Assembly: GCA_907165135.1 (NCBI GenBank)
Contig: OU015567.1
Location: forward strand, 6,262,001-6,326,000
DNA length: 64,000 nt
Source: Oikopleura dioica
Taxonomy: Eukaryota; Animalia; Chordata
Reading direction: 5' to 3'
Position numbers and translations under genes: made by a program. How positions within the stretch are numbered: position 1 is the first letter of the stretch; the number at the start of each line of letters is the position of its first letter. Below the pieces are notes generated by a model. The model searched no databases. It was given only the letters and a program-made list of their open reading frames with translations, and was not told the DNA's origin. Positions 12,401-27,828 of this stretch are shown one piece after another.

Positions 12401-15400
12401 GATCTTGATTGGGTCTAAGTCAGATTTAGTCTGCTTGGTGAGACTGTAGATTTTCTGAGCGTTGATGATCATGCGCTGCATGTTACAAGGTAGCGCGACT
12501 CGTGTTCGACCACGAGGGAAGATATTTCGCACTGTCTGTCGATCGATACAGAGCTGGTCAAACTCCTCGTCAACTTTGTTGTGGATTTCCGGGTTTGACT
12601 GAATTTCACGGACGACGTCTTCCTGGAGGCGTTTTCGAAGCGTCTTGTCGTTGGTATAGTCGAATCGGAACTTCTTTTCGAACATTCGATCAGAGAGCTT
12701 GATCGTGGACAAGTTCTGGAACTCGACGTGCTCACCGGCGAGACCGTCCTCACCGTATCGGAACTGGATAATGTTGTTGTTGGAAATACGGACTGTTCCG
12801 TCGTATCTGACAACTGCAGACTCCATAGCTTTGACCAGACGACGCTGGATGTAACCAGTTTCTGCAGTTTTGACGGCCGTATCGATCAAACCTTCTCGAC
12901 CTCCCATAGCGTGGAAGAAGAACTCAGTGGGAGTCAAACCGGCAAGGTAGGAGTTCTCGACGAAACCCTTCGATTCGGGTGAGTAATCATCCTTCAAGAA
13001 ATGTGGAAGGGTTCGATGCTCAAAGCCGAAAGGAATTCGCTTTCCTGAAACGTTCTGCTGACCGACGACAGCAATAATCTGCGAAATGTTAATCTTGGAT
13101 CCCTTTGAGCCAGCGTTGACCATGACTTTGAAACTGTTGAATTCGGACAGCGATTTTTGGGCGCAAGAACCAGTCTTGTCACGAGCGTCGTTGAGGATTC
13201 GATTGACCTTGTTTTCGAAGGTAGATCGAAGGGTGTTACCGGGAGTGGGGACGAGCTGATCATTGTGAGCTTGTTCGATGACGTCAAGCACTTCGGCCTT
13301 GGATTTTCGAATTTGCGCCTGGATTTCTTTGTATGTCTGTGCATCAGCAATTGTGTCTCCGATACCGATCGAGTGGCCCTCGATGAGCAGCCAATTGTTG
13401 ATAATTCGCTGGACGTCGCCAAAGAATCGTTTTGTGATTTCAGGGCCCTTTTCGTTGAAAATGACGTGAATGAGCGATCCAGACGATGCACCAAGCGTTT
13501 TCTTACAAACAATGCCCATCACGTGAACACCGTTGACGACTTCAACTCGCGTATCTCCAACTGAGATAAATTTGAATGGACCTTTGTCCTCGTCGTCCGG
13601 ATGCGTTGAGTGATGTCGAGTACAGTTGACTCCTTCTGGCACCATCATCGTGAAGAGCTGTTTTCCTGTCCAGAGGGGTCGTGGCTTGAGAATAGCTGGA
13701 ATAGGGACTCGTCCATCCCACATGGTCTTGAAGAGAACCAAGTTCATGAAATCGGATTTTTCAATGAAAGCATCACGCTTGGTCATCTTTCGCACAGCAG
13801 TTAGAGTATCCTGGACAATACCCATGACAGGTCGGTTACTTTGAGGAGTGACAACGAGTCGGGGGACAAGCGCGAGCTGGAGAATTTCAGCTCTCGTTTC
13901 CATCGACTGAGGAACGTGCAGATTCATTTCGTCTCCGTCAAAATCGGCGTTGTAGGGAGTAGTGACGGACAAGTTCAAACGGAAGGTCGACCAGGGAAGG
14001 ACTTTGACCAAGTGACCCATCATAGACATTTTATGCAGCGTCGGCTGTCGGTTGAAGATAATGACATCGTTGTCGCGGATGTGTCGCTCGACTTTGTAGC
14101 CGATTTGAAGATGCAGATCGGAGGGCTTTGGATGATAACGAAGATCAATACGCTCTCCAGTGTCTCGGATGATGTATTTGGCTCCGGGAAACTTGTTGCA
14201 GCCACGCTCAACAAGACGCTGAAGATGGTCGATGTTGAAAGGGGTCACAATTTCTGGATAGGTCAAGTTGCTGGCGATGGAACGCGGCACACCGACTTGA
14301 TTGATGTTCAAGTTAGGATCTCCTGTAATGACAGTACGCGCGGAGAAATCAACTCGCTTTCCCATCAAGTTTCCTCGAACTCGACCTTCTTTGGCTTTCA
14401 ATCTTTCTGAAATCGACTTGAGCGGTCGGCCTGACTTTTGCATCGATCGTGGCAAACCAGGGAGAGTGTTGTCCATCATTGTCGCCACGTGGAATTGCAA
14501 TTCGAGAACACCTTGTTCAAGAATATGCGCCGCAGCACCGGAGGCCTCGTTTCGGCGGAGCTCCGTATTGACTTTGATGATGTCTGAGTATTTGTGCGTC
14601 ACATCATCCTGGCATCGCAAGCCAGAGCCACCCATGACGACGGATGGTCGAACACAAAGAGGAGCAACGGGCAGGACAGAAATAATCATCCACTCTGGTC
14701 GGGCATACTTGCAGTCCATTCCCAACATTTCAATTTCCTCGTCAGAGATGTTTTTGAAGACTTCAAGGACGCGTTCCGCCGTTACTGTGATTTTCTTCTC
14801 TTGGGTGTCTTCGTTGAGCTTCTTCCATTCAGCCGTGAGCTGGATTCCTGTTCGCCGGTAAATAGGCTGGTGACGACCACAACCGCCATGAGAGGGCTTT
14901 TTGTTCTCATCTGTTGGTTCTCCGTTGTCTTTTTTCTCTGAGAAATCTCCGTCGATTTCGTCACCGCCTTCACAAATGTTCTTTCCTTTGCAGAGATCGT
15001 ACACTCCATCAAGTCGTTTTCTAGGAGTTCCCGCTGTTCTCGCGAGAATGCTTTGCATCTTCGGGTTGTTCTTGTCCACGAGCACCTTTGAGCAGTAGAA
15101 ACAGATGCATCGAAGGATTCGAAGCGTTTTGTTGAAGAAACCAACGTGGAAGACTGGTTTCGCGAGCTCAATATGGCCGAAATGACCAGGGCAATCGTTC
15201 ATGTTTCCAGCGCATGTTTGACAGCGCGAGAATCTGTCGCTTACTCCCTTATTCCGTTTTTAGAGAGGAATTCATATGTTGCTTTTTACCTGTCGGGGAT
15301 CCATGATACCACCGAGCTTTGGCTTTCCATTCTCAGTCGATTCTGGATACATGATGCCGTCTGAGTGCGGCGGCACTGTAACCGACATTCGTTTGATTTC

Positions 15401-15469
15401 ATCCGGGCTCAGAATCCCAAACTGAACCCGTTTGATTTTTCGGAGCGTTACGGAAGACTCGCTCTGCAT
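9446..15469 (-). CDS. POLR2A: RNA polymerase II largest subunit (RPB1)
   Basis: CPGHFGH, NADFDGD and trigger-loop TQMTLNTFH motifs and a YSPTSPS CTD; introns at 15248-15289, 11622-11665 and six within the CTD; ends [13 protein letters not shown] at 9446. Confidence 0.99.
9480..10550 (-). repeat. Coding heptad repeats of the Pol II CTD (~36 units) split by six introns
   Basis: 14 uninterrupted YSPTSPS units at 10550-10257, then degenerate units in exons of 105, 75, 123, 84 and 90 nt plus a terminal exon. Confidence 0.95.
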
Positions 15470-15683
15470 TTTTCGTCGACCTCAATTTTCAGTCTGGAAA
15501 ATAGTGAAACATTAAAAAGGGGTTGGGTTTATTTTTGGTTTGTCAAGTGTATTGGGTTGTTAAATGGCAGTGGGATAACTGAATAGAAAAAAAAACTGTC
15601 GTGACATGGGAATGGCTAGTGAGTATGAATTTGAAATTATTCCTAGGTTGTGAACTAAACGGGAAAAAAGAAAAGAAGCCGCC

Positions 15684-18357
<2,674 letters not shown>

Positions 18358-19040
18358 TCTAGTAAATAAAAAGTTTAAGAATTAAATAATCTTAAAAAAG
18401 AGGATATGCGTAAATATAACAAAGCCTCAACTTTGCTTTATTACTGGCAAATTTCTTGCTGAAATCTGTCTTTTATTGGGCTAAGCACTAACAGTCACTG
18501 TATCAGTTACAGTTTAGCTCGATAAAAGACAGATTTTAGCAAGCAATATGCCCGAAATAAAGCACAATAAAGAGACTAAAGAACATAATTTCGAGAGTCA
18601 AGAAGTATTCATAACTGAAGTTAATCTGTTACTAAACAGTTTCCCCTTCGGAAAACATCCCCAAACTCTAGAAAATAGCTGTAAAAAACTCATTTTTTCA
18701 TGTCGAAAAAGGAATTTTGCTGCGTTTGGTAGTGACTCTCGAGCGCGAATGGCATCCGTCCGCTGATTGGTCCCGCTCGAGCGCTCGTGGTTGCTCAATT
18801 GGATGGCCAGGGGCATTCAAATTGAGAGCGCGCAACTTGAACGATTTCACGCTTCCAAGGGCGCTACTGGAGCTACTGAGAGACGAATAAACGCGAAAAT
18901 ACGGTATTTCGATTCTGCGTGATCCATCACGAAAGAAGACGACTAAAGATAGGTAATAGAATCTTTTTGTTTTATTTTTTATTCTCTACTGACCTCTTTT
19001 GATCTTAGAATAAAATTTAAATTTTCAGAGAGCTGTAAAA
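18358..19040. promoter_or_regulatory. Divergent (bidirectional) promoter region between MCM7 and DNAAF11
   Basis: Head-to-head genes. GC-richer core ~18730-18900 with ATTGG (CCAAT) at 18766 and ~18798 and E2F-like GCGCGAA at ~18743. Motif function is inferred only. Confidence 0.5.
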
Positions 19041-20433
19041 ATGGTGTTTATCACAGAAGAACTCGTCAGAAAACGCGCTGAACACAACGAACTTGAAATT
19101 GGCAGCCTCGAAGAATTGTCTCTCCACCAACTTGACATCGAAAAAATAGAACACATCGACAAATGGTGCAAACAGCTTAAAATTCTCTATCTTCACGTAT
19201 GTACCTGTTCTCTCTTTGATCGCTCATTTTGTCTCAGAGCAACATCATCTTCAAAATCGAGAACGTCAGCAGGATGAAGAAGCTCGAGTACATCAACTTG
19301 ACCCTCAACTGCATCGAAGTGATCGAAGGAATGGAAGGATGCGAAAGTTTGAACAAACTCGATCTCACGGCAAATTTTGTCGGCGACATGAGACACCTCA
19401 AAAATCTCCAGAAAAATGAATTCCTCAAGTAAGCCAAAAATAAATAAGGTTTTATACACGGGTTGCCAATCCGAGCATTTCAGCTAATATTTCCTCTCAG
19501 AACTCTGTATCTAACCGGAAACATTTGCTGCAAATACGAGTATTACCGTGAATACGTAATCACAATCCTGCCACAGCTCAAGGAACTCGACGGAGAAGTA
19601 ATTACAACATCGGAACGACTGGAAGCAAAAAGAATCTTCGAAAAAGTTGAAAATGCAATCGAACGACAATCAGAACTGTACCTAGAAATCCGAGAGAGAC
19701 AGAAGTTCGACTACGAAAGAAAAGCAAAAACGACGGGAGACGAGTTTTGGAACGAGGAAGATGAGGACTCGCCGGAGAATAGAAGAGACATGCGAATTGA
19801 AGCGACGAGGCAGAAAGAAGAAAATAAGGATCACAAGCCGATGTTTGAAAAACCAGATGTAAGCCCCCCTCCCTTAGCTTCTATGTCTCCTTACTCTTCC
19901 TTTTCTAGTACAAGCGCGAAATCCGCTACTTCGCAAAAGACGGTCGACCTCTGAACGTCAACCCGAGCGGCGTAGAATTCACCATTGACGAAGACCAACC
20001 GAAAAACGTCGAGCTTCGGCTGAAGATCCCGAAGTTTATGGACACTGAATTGATCGACATTGACTCCCAGCCGACCTACATCCGATTGAGCATCAACGGC
20101 AAACCCTTCCAAATCGTTTGGAAAGAAGAAGTCAAGCCAGACGATGGAACTGCTCAGCGATCGAAGATTACAGGAGAACTGCTCATTAAAATTCCAAAAC
20201 TCAATCCAGGAAAAGAAAATCCAAAAGAAAAGAAAGAAGCTTCAAGAAAAACTCTCGAACCAGAATCGCAAAAGGAAGAAAAGAAAACAGTCGACTACAG
20301 AAACATCGTCAAAGAAGCAGAACAGGGAAAGAAAGAACAACTTAAAAAGAAGGAAAAACCAAAGACGAGGGCGAACGATGACGATTTCGTCGATGATCTG
20401 GGCATTCCACCTCTTGAAACTGTCAAACGATGA
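19041..20433 (+). CDS. DNAAF11: Dynein axonemal assembly factor 11 (LRRC6/TilB)
   Basis: [37 protein letters not shown]/LRRcap [12 protein letters not shown], and CS-like region [17 protein letters not shown]; three GT-AG introns. Confidence 0.95.
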
Positions 20434-20612
20434 AGAATTATAATTTGTACTAGCCGAATTTATGTCTTTTATACGAATAAAATATTTTCATATCAAAAAT
20501 CCGCCGGAAAAAACGAAAATTTGAATAGATAAATTCAAGTTATCTAACTTTCCTTATATTTTTTTTTGTACAAAAATTGATAAAGGCAGTGGTTACTCTT
20601 TTGAGTCCTCGT

Positions 20613-22045
20613 TCAGTCAACTTGCATCCCATCTTCATCCGAGCCAGGTTCTGGCGGGTCTTCTTCGAATTGAAGCGTTGTAGAAAACTTGGCAAAGCAG
20701 CCACTTGAGCAACAAAACTCTAGTTGAGGAATCACGAAGTTGTTTGGCATTGGCGCCACTGCATCCGTATTTGAGGTGTATCGACGGACATCGTAGCCGG
20801 AAAGGAACATGAACTTTCGGTCGGAAAGGGGTTCGCCGCAGGGGCAAAAGCGAATTGATTCCAGAAGAGAATTTAGGCGAGTGGGGACTTTTTGAGGGTT
20901 GATAGGGAGCTTGTGCTTGAGAATCTTAGCAGCGGCGACCTGAATTCATAATTGAAATTCTGTTACAGATAAGGGTATCACTTTATTATTTCAACAGACC
21001 TGCGCTAATGTCTTCGCAACTGGAATCTTGCTTGTATCCACCTTGAATTTGTGCAGCATTGAAAAAGGGTTGTCCGACAAATCTAGGCTTTGAAAACGAT
21101 GAAATCTCGCAAACTCAGTGAAGAAAATTTTATTCTCTTTCGCCGATAAGATCGTAAGGGAGTTGGGGAGTCGAGCTGGAAGACGTCTGATTTGATTCTT
21201 GTCGATGATGAGGCTTGAAAGCTTCGGAAGAGTGCATAAAGAAGGGAGAGAAGTGAGTTGATTTGACGAAAGATCAAGTTTTTGAAGAGAATCGGCGATG
21301 GGAGAAGATTTCAGCGGTCGAAAAGCTCGCTCGTCCAACTTGTTGTCTGATAAAATAAGCGCCTTGAGACGAAGTTGAAAGAGTTTCGGATTCAGCGTTG
21401 ATAGATTATTCCTTGTCATGTCGAGAACCGTCAAATGACGGAGTTTAAAAAGACGCAGGTCGATTTGCTTCATTCCCAGTCCGTGACAGCGAAATTCTTC
21501 TAGTTCTGCAGGGATTCCGGCTTTTTTAGAAAGCTTGGTTTTGTAATCGTCGCGGGAGAGGATGTTGATCTTGGTCGTTTTTCCAATTTTGATAGGCTTG
21601 TTTGTTGCTGAAGCGAGGACTCCGACTCCGACCAGTGATTTTCCTTCAAACGAAGTTTTCATCGCGGACAGGAGCTTTTTCAACTGCCCTGGATCGGCTT
21701 TGGAAATCATAATGTTCACTAAAACGCGTTAATTCTCCATAGAATGAATCTGATGATACCTGAAGGCTCTTTAAATTCAATCGTCAGCTTTCCCTCATGA
21801 ACGAATTTCGCTAAACATCTGTTGAGATTCGCTTTGAGCGCAAATTTTTCGCCCTTTCCCGATTTCGACTTTTCCGTGTGCACCACCAAATAGCCCGCAC
21901 CATCTTTTTCGAACAAATTTACCGATGCCTTCGCTGGTTTCTTTGTCTAACCAAAAAGTTAGTTCAGGGTCACCTTCATCGTATTTACCGCGTGATTTCC
22001 ACGCTCGTTCCGGAGTGATTGGGCAGCGTGGCACAGAATTCTCAT
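20613..22045 (-). CDS. LRR1: Leucine-rich repeat protein 1 (CUL2 substrate receptor)
   Basis: N-terminal KFVHEGKLTIEFKEP, LRR block LKALILSDNKL/LQKLDLSSNQL, C-terminal CPCG and FCCSSGC zinc-binding motifs; four exons. Confidence 0.88.
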
Positions 22046-22375
22046 CCTTTCATTCTTTTCTTCAGGCCGTGGGGTTCAGAGCATTCTAAAAAGCACATTG
22101 AAAATGATGGGAAAATATTGTTAAATAGTATAAAAATAGGATTGAAAAATGTGAAAATAGTGGTAAAACGGTGCAGAAAAAATTGCTGGCAAGAAGAGAG
22201 AAAATCTGTCCAAAATACTATTGTTAAATAAATATTTCGACTTTCGAAGAGTGCATTCCATTTCGTTTTTTAAAGGTAACGCATGCTATTTTGGAACGAT
22301 CCATCACATGATATTCTTTTTTCGCTTTATTCTTCGAGAATTCTCCAAGAAAGAGACTTTCTAAAGTGAAATAAA

Positions 22376-23869
22376 TTACGGAAATACTGTTGAGAACTTA
22401 CCTATCTTTATGAGGGGCTTAGTGACGGTAACACCATTTATTTCTTTACTGAGAGAAGGATACTCTTGATCGGGGTCGTCGAGATGCTTTAACAGGCGTT
22501 TTACGCAAAATCCCTTGCGCATCTTCTTGTCATAATCGTCTTGGACTAACATGTTATGATAGATGCCAATTTCATGCGTAGTATCCAAGAAGCAAACAAC
22601 TTCATAGCCTTCCTTTTCCGACAAAAATCCAAAGGCGTAAAAGCCATGACGTTCCTCATTGTCGTCATCAAGGTCATGGCCGCTTTCATCGCTGTAGTCG
22701 TCATCGCTGGTCTCTTCATCGTTGTTGTCTTCAATTTTCTCCAGGACCTTCCAGATCGTCAGTCCGAGGCGTTCTTCGACCATGCCAAATTTCAGATGTC
22801 CTGAAATATCCGGAAGATCGTAACGGATCACTCTTCTCTTTGAAAGAATAATATGAAAAGCGATACATCCATTGACGGTTAAGTTCCTTTGCTCAAGATT
22901 GAGGTCGATCCGTAGAATCAAGTTATCATGGTCCATTAAGAGCAGCCGTGGTCTTATGAAGAATTTTGGTTCCATAATCGTTTCTTTCCAAAGAACGTCG
23001 ATCGACGATTTACCGATCCGAACGCATTCAATAAAAACGGTGATCGGATCTGGTTGGTAGATGATTGGAAAGAGAACACTTTCCCGTAGCTCCCCATTTT
23101 GATACAGATCGCTCTTGTATCGAGGGGATTCTTTTGTGTCCTCAGAATCAATATACATTATGACACCTTCTCTTTTGATGGTTCTTGCCGGCTCGCTTGG
23201 TTCCAGTAGATTGAAGACATAATAGGTCTGCTCCCTTCCACGTAGACCATCATGATCTTGGACGATGAGAAATGGTTCGAAGAGAAAGTAAGCGGAAACT
23301 GAGTCAAGGGATCTTGGAAGCTTCAACGGTTGCAAACTGATTCCACTTGATCGTAAAATCTTATAAACATACAAATAATTTCCAAGCGTTGCTCCTTCGT
23401 CTTCAATGCCATTGATACTTGAATTACTGACGATCCAATTACTCCCAAGTTCCACGACCCTACTCGATTCAAAAACGGCCTTTGGAACAGCGGATTCTTT
23501 CTTGATCTCTTCTCGGTGGGAAAAAATTCTAGCAATATCGGACAAACTGTTCGGCTCTCGATCGTATTTTGCCCGGAAGTCGTCTTTCAGTAGATTGATC
23601 ACATAATCGTCGTTAGCCATCAATTTGAGAATCCTCATACAATCACCCGCTTCGATGAGATGGTCCAATGGTCCGTATTCGTCTGAATCGTCCATTGGAA
23701 GAAGTTGATTCTTCGCCGAGGCAAAAACCTTTCCATCAGCTCTCTCAAACACAAGCTTGGCAAGTTGGTTTCCTTTGGGATGATCTGCTATCTCCTTGAG
23801 TATCTTCTCTCTCTTCGGTGTATTTTCTTTCTTTTCAAACAGCTCGTACAGCTTTTTTATTCGATTCAT
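22376..23869 (-). CDS. Orphan ~500-aa intronless family, copy 1 (class A)
   Basis: Long ORF; ATG (MNRIKK) directly after a TTTCAG acceptor; paralogous to copies at 24764, 27829 and 29638. Confidence 0.85.
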   Translation of the reverse strand: MNRIKKLYELFEKKENTPKREKILKEIADHPKGNQLAKLVFERADGKVFASAKNQLLPMDDSDEYGPLDHLIEAGDCMRILKLMANDDYVINLLKDDFRAKYDREPNSLSDIARIFSHREEIKKESAVPKAVFESSRVVELGSNWIVSNSSINGIEDEGATLGNYLYVYKILRSSGISLQPLKLPRSLDSVSAYFLFEPFLIVQDHDGLRGREQTYYVFNLLEPSEPARTIKREGVIMYIDSEDTKESPRYKSDLYQNGELRESVLFPIIYQPDPITVFIECVRIGKSSIDVLWKETIMEPKFFIRPRLLLMDHDNLILRIDLNLEQRNLTVNGCIAFHIILSKRRVIRYDLPDISGHLKFGMVEERLGLTIWKVLEKIEDNNDEETSDDDYSDESGHDLDDDNEERHGFYAFGFLSEKEGYEVVCFLDTTHEIGIYHNMLVQDDYDKKMRKGFCVKRLLKHLDDPDQEYPSLSKEINGVTVTKPLIKIGKFSTVFP

Positions 23870-24138
23870 TCTGAAAAGCTTCAATTCAAGACTCTTGAAC
23901 CAAGATGAAAACTATTCCTCGTCATTATGGTCGATTCAATTATTAAATTTTAATTGATGTACCTTGAAGTAAAGAAGTTAAAGGAATCTGAGATCTTGAA
24001 CGAGTGAAAATAACTTGGTAAAAATTGATTCTAGAAATAGTAAAATATTACCATTGATTGATAATTATCATTTGTCATTTTCAGTACTGATAAGAAATTT
24101 ATACAGGGCAATGGACAGTAATAAATAGAGAATGATAA

Positions 24139-24374
24139 GTTGTCTGATAAAATAAGTGCCTTGAGACGGAGTTGAAAGAGCTTCGGATTCAGAGTTGATA
24201 AATTATTCCTTGTCATGTCCAGAAGCGTCAGATGACGGAGTTTAAAAAGACGCAGGTCGATTTGCTTCATTCCCAGTCCGTGACAGCGAAATTCTGTGTC
24301 GGTAAAATTATATTTACCGCGTGGTTTCCACGCTCGTTCCGGAGGGATTGGGCAGCATGGCACAGAATTCTCAT
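24139..24374 (-). pseudogene. LRR1 5' fragment, internally deleted and truncated
   Basis: Near-identical to LRR1 exon 1 and to the FRCHGLGMKQIDL..LILSDN stretch; the intervening exons are deleted; truncated after TCAGACAAC. Confidence 0.85.
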
Positions 24375-24763
24375 CCTTTCATTCCTTTTTTCGGACCCTG
24401 AACTTCAGAGCATTCTAAAAACAATACTATGAATGACGCGAAAATATTGTGAAAATAATATAAAATATGTGCGGTGAAACTCTACAGAGTCATTCCTTGT
24501 ACAGTACAAAACCGAGTCCGATTGATCTAATAGAACTCAGAGAGAATGAAAAAGCTGCGGAGCGTAGATAACTGGGCAGTGAGATCATGAAAAGAAGATA
24601 GAATATTCTATACCAAATTAGTCCTTTTAGATGAATATTTCGATTTTGCATGGGTATCGTCTATTTCGTCGTTTGCATGAAACGCATCCGATTTTTGACC
24701 GATCATGCACGTGGCGTTCTTTCTTCGCCCTCTTTTTCGAATATTCCCCGAAAAAGAGACTTT

Positions 24764-26307
24764 CTAAATTGGCGTGAATAAATGAAATAATATTGAGATC
24801 TTACCGATTTGAATGTAGGGCTTCGTTTCTGTGATTCCATTTATTTCTTTGGTCAGGAGAGGTTGCTTTTGATCCGTGTCGTTTAACTGATTTATCAGGC
24901 GTCTAACGCAAAGACTTTTGCGCGTTTTCCCCGTGAAATCTTCGTGTATTATCATCTCTCGACTAATGTTAAAAGCTTGATTGTTTTTCGTCAGTTTGAA
25001 GAAGCAAACAACTTCGAACTGGTTTCTTTCTGACAAAAAACCAAAGGTCACAAAGCCGGGATCGTCATTTTTATCGTCATTTTCTTCATCATAGTCTTCA
25101 TCAGCACCGCTGAAGTCTACATCACTGTCGTCTTCATCGCTGCTTTCTTCCTCGTTGCTGTTATCTTCTTCCAGTGAATTCCAAACAACTATCCCGAGGC
25201 GCTCTTTGACCATACCGAATTCAACATTTCCTGGAATCTTGGACAAATCGTAGGGAATGACTTTCCCTTCGGAAAGGATGATATGAAAAGAAAAACATCC
25301 ATTCGTCGCTCTATTTCTTTCGTCAACAATGAAGTTTCGAAGAATCAAATTATCATGGTTCAAAAAGAACGCTAACGGCTGTGTTCCTTCGTACTCTTCC
25401 GGTAAAATGAACGTTTCTTTCCAAAGTATTTTGATCGATGATGAACTTATTTGAGCACACTCGATACAAACACTCATTCCATCTGGTTTATAGATGATAG
25501 GAAAGAGAACACTTTCCCGAAGCTCTCCATTTAGACGTACGTCGCTGTTGTATGTAGACTGAAGACCAGGATCGCTGCATTGAATCGTTATATAATCATA
25601 TTGGCCATATATTTTGATGGTTCTTGGTCGCTTGGTTGGTTGAAGTAGATTGAAAACATAATATTTGTGCTCAACACTATCGAAGGTTATAAAGTAAGGT
25701 TCAAAGAGATAGTTTGGGGGAAGATTCCATCGCATTCCCACGAAAGATCGTTGAAGATGCACTCTCTCCAAACGAATTCCATCCGATCGCAAAATCTTGT
25801 AAACATAGAATCCTCCACTGCTTCGACGATCCTCGTCTACACTGTTGATAATTTCTTTGCTCACTATCCAAGTGCTCCCAATTTTGCTCCGCGCTCCGTT
25901 TCAAAAACAACCCTACGTTTTGCAAGGGATGATTCTTTCTTGATTTCTTCTCGGTCGGCGAGAATTCTGGCGATATCGGACAAGCTGTTTGGTTCTCGAC
26001 CGTATTTGATCCGGAAGTCGTCCTTTAGTAGATTGATCACGTAATCTTCTGTAGCCATCGATTTGAGGATCCTCATGCAACAACCCGCACTTAGGAGACC
26101 ATCGTAGGGACCATATTCATCAGAATCGTCCATCGGAAGAAGTTGATTTTTCGCCGAGGCAAAAACGTTTCCATCAGCTCTCTCAAATACAAGCTTGGAA
26201 AGGAGGTTTCCTTGAGGATGATCTGCTATCTCCCTGAGTATCTTCTCTCTCTTCGGCGTATTTTCTTTCTTTTCAAACAGCTCGTACAGCTTTTTTATTC
26301 GATTCAT
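24764..26307 (-). CDS. Orphan family copy 2 (class B), with a single 1-nt frameshift
   Basis: ORFs 25864-26322 and 24764-25864 join into a full-length paralogue if one G is added to the GGG run at 25877-25879 (restores LGSTWIV). Confidence 0.75.
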
Positions 26308-26436
26308 TCTGAAGAACTTCAATTGAAGACTTTTGAAGTCGAAAATTAGAGCTCGATCCTTTCTCTTCTGTAAGAAAAATGAGCTTTTTTGATCGGCATT
26401 ATCGGTGGATTCAATTATTTAATTCAAATTGATGTA

Positions 26437-26835
26437 AAATAGGTGGTGGTCTAAACTTTGAAGTTCGTATATGCGATAAGAACTTCGGGTGGCCTAAACT
26501 TTGATCGTTCCCATGTGTGACTCTTTGAGAAAGTGGCCTAAACTTTGAATTTCCCCGGAGGCGCTTCTGCCATCGGTGACTAGAGCACTGCCTGCTAAGG
26601 CCACTACGTTTTAAGCAGACCAATAAGGTTTAAGGTTTCATTCAAGGTGATGACACATATGGAACTAGTCAGAGCGCCTCAGGGGAAATTCAAAGTTTAG
26701 ACCACTTTCACACATGGAAAGAATCAAAGATTAGGCCACTTTCTCATAGAATCACACATGGGAAGAATCAAAGTTTAGGCCACACAAAGTTCTTATCGCA
26801 CGTAAGAACTTCAAAGTTTAGACCACCACCTATTT
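26437..26835. mobile_element. Non-autonomous Tc1/mariner-type MITE, 399 bp, TA target-site duplication
   Basis: TIR AAATAGGTGGTGGTCTAAACTTTGAAGTTC / GAACTTCAAAGTTTAGACCACCACCTATTT; TA at 26435-36 and 26836-37; paralogous empty sites GATGTACCT at ~23960 and ~31316. Confidence 0.9.
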
Positions 26836-27015
26836 TACCTTGAAGCAAAGAGGTTGAAGGAATCTAAGATCTTTAACGAGTAAAAATAAATCGGTAAACA
26901 TCGATTCTAGAAATAGTAAAATTTTGGAATTGATCGATAATTATCATTTGCCATTTGAAGTACTGATAAGAAAATTTATACACGGCAATGGACAGTAATA
27001 AATAGAGAATGATAA

Positions 27016-27430
27016 GTTGTCTGATAAAATAAGTGCCTTGAGACGGAGTTGAAAGAGCTTCGGATTCAGCTTTGATAAATTATTCCTTGTCATGTCCAGA
27101 ACTGTCAAATGACGGAGTTTAAAAAGACGCAGGTCGATTTGCTTCATTCCCAGTCCGTGACAGCGAAATTCTTCCAGTTCTGCGGGGTTTCCGGTTTTTT
27201 TTCGAAAGCTTGGTTTTGTAATCGTCGCGGGAGAGGATGTTGATCTTGGTCGTTTTTCTAATTTTGATAGGCTTGTTTGTTGCTGAAGCGAGGACTCCGA
27301 CTCCAACCAGGGATTGAGCGCAAATTTTTCGCCGTTTCCCGATTTCGACTTTTCCGTGTGCACCACCAAGCAGCCCGCGCCATCTTTTTCGAACAAATTA
27401 ACCGACGCCTTCGCTGGTTTCTTCGTCGAA
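27016..27430 (-). pseudogene. Second LRR1 5' fragment, with a different internal deletion
   Basis: FEKDG..EKFAL is fused out of frame to exon-3 sequence; same 3' truncation point as the fragment at 24139. Confidence 0.85.
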
Positions 27431-27828
27431 AGAAAAAGTTAATTCTTGTTGGCAAAATTATTCATTCTTAAATTTTCCAATTTTAACTTTAAAAATTCAA
27501 AATACAAAAATAGAATTAAAAAGTGTAAAAATAGTGGTGAAATGATACATCATTTCACGTACATACGGATCCGGTTGATCCAACAGAATTGAAATATGAA
27601 GAGAAAACTGCAGTGAGAAAATGGGAAAAAAAAAAAGATTTTGCGCACAGAAATAATAAAAATAAGGAAAACAGAAAAAACTGAGTTTTTATTATATAAA
27701 TATTTCGATTTTGCCAGAGGGTCGTCCATTTCGTCGTTTAAATGAAACGCATCCGATTTTTGACCGATCAACGACTTGATCTTCTTTCTTCGCCCTCTTT
27801 TTCGAAAATTCTCCAGGAAAAAGACTTT

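Noticed and set aside
11904-15171. Many 60-190 aa antisense or alternate-frame ORFs within RPB1 (and similarly within MCM7, RTEL1 and the orphan genes)
   Set aside because: Expected by-products of codon bias; no motifs, and they are fully overlapped by a conserved CDS.
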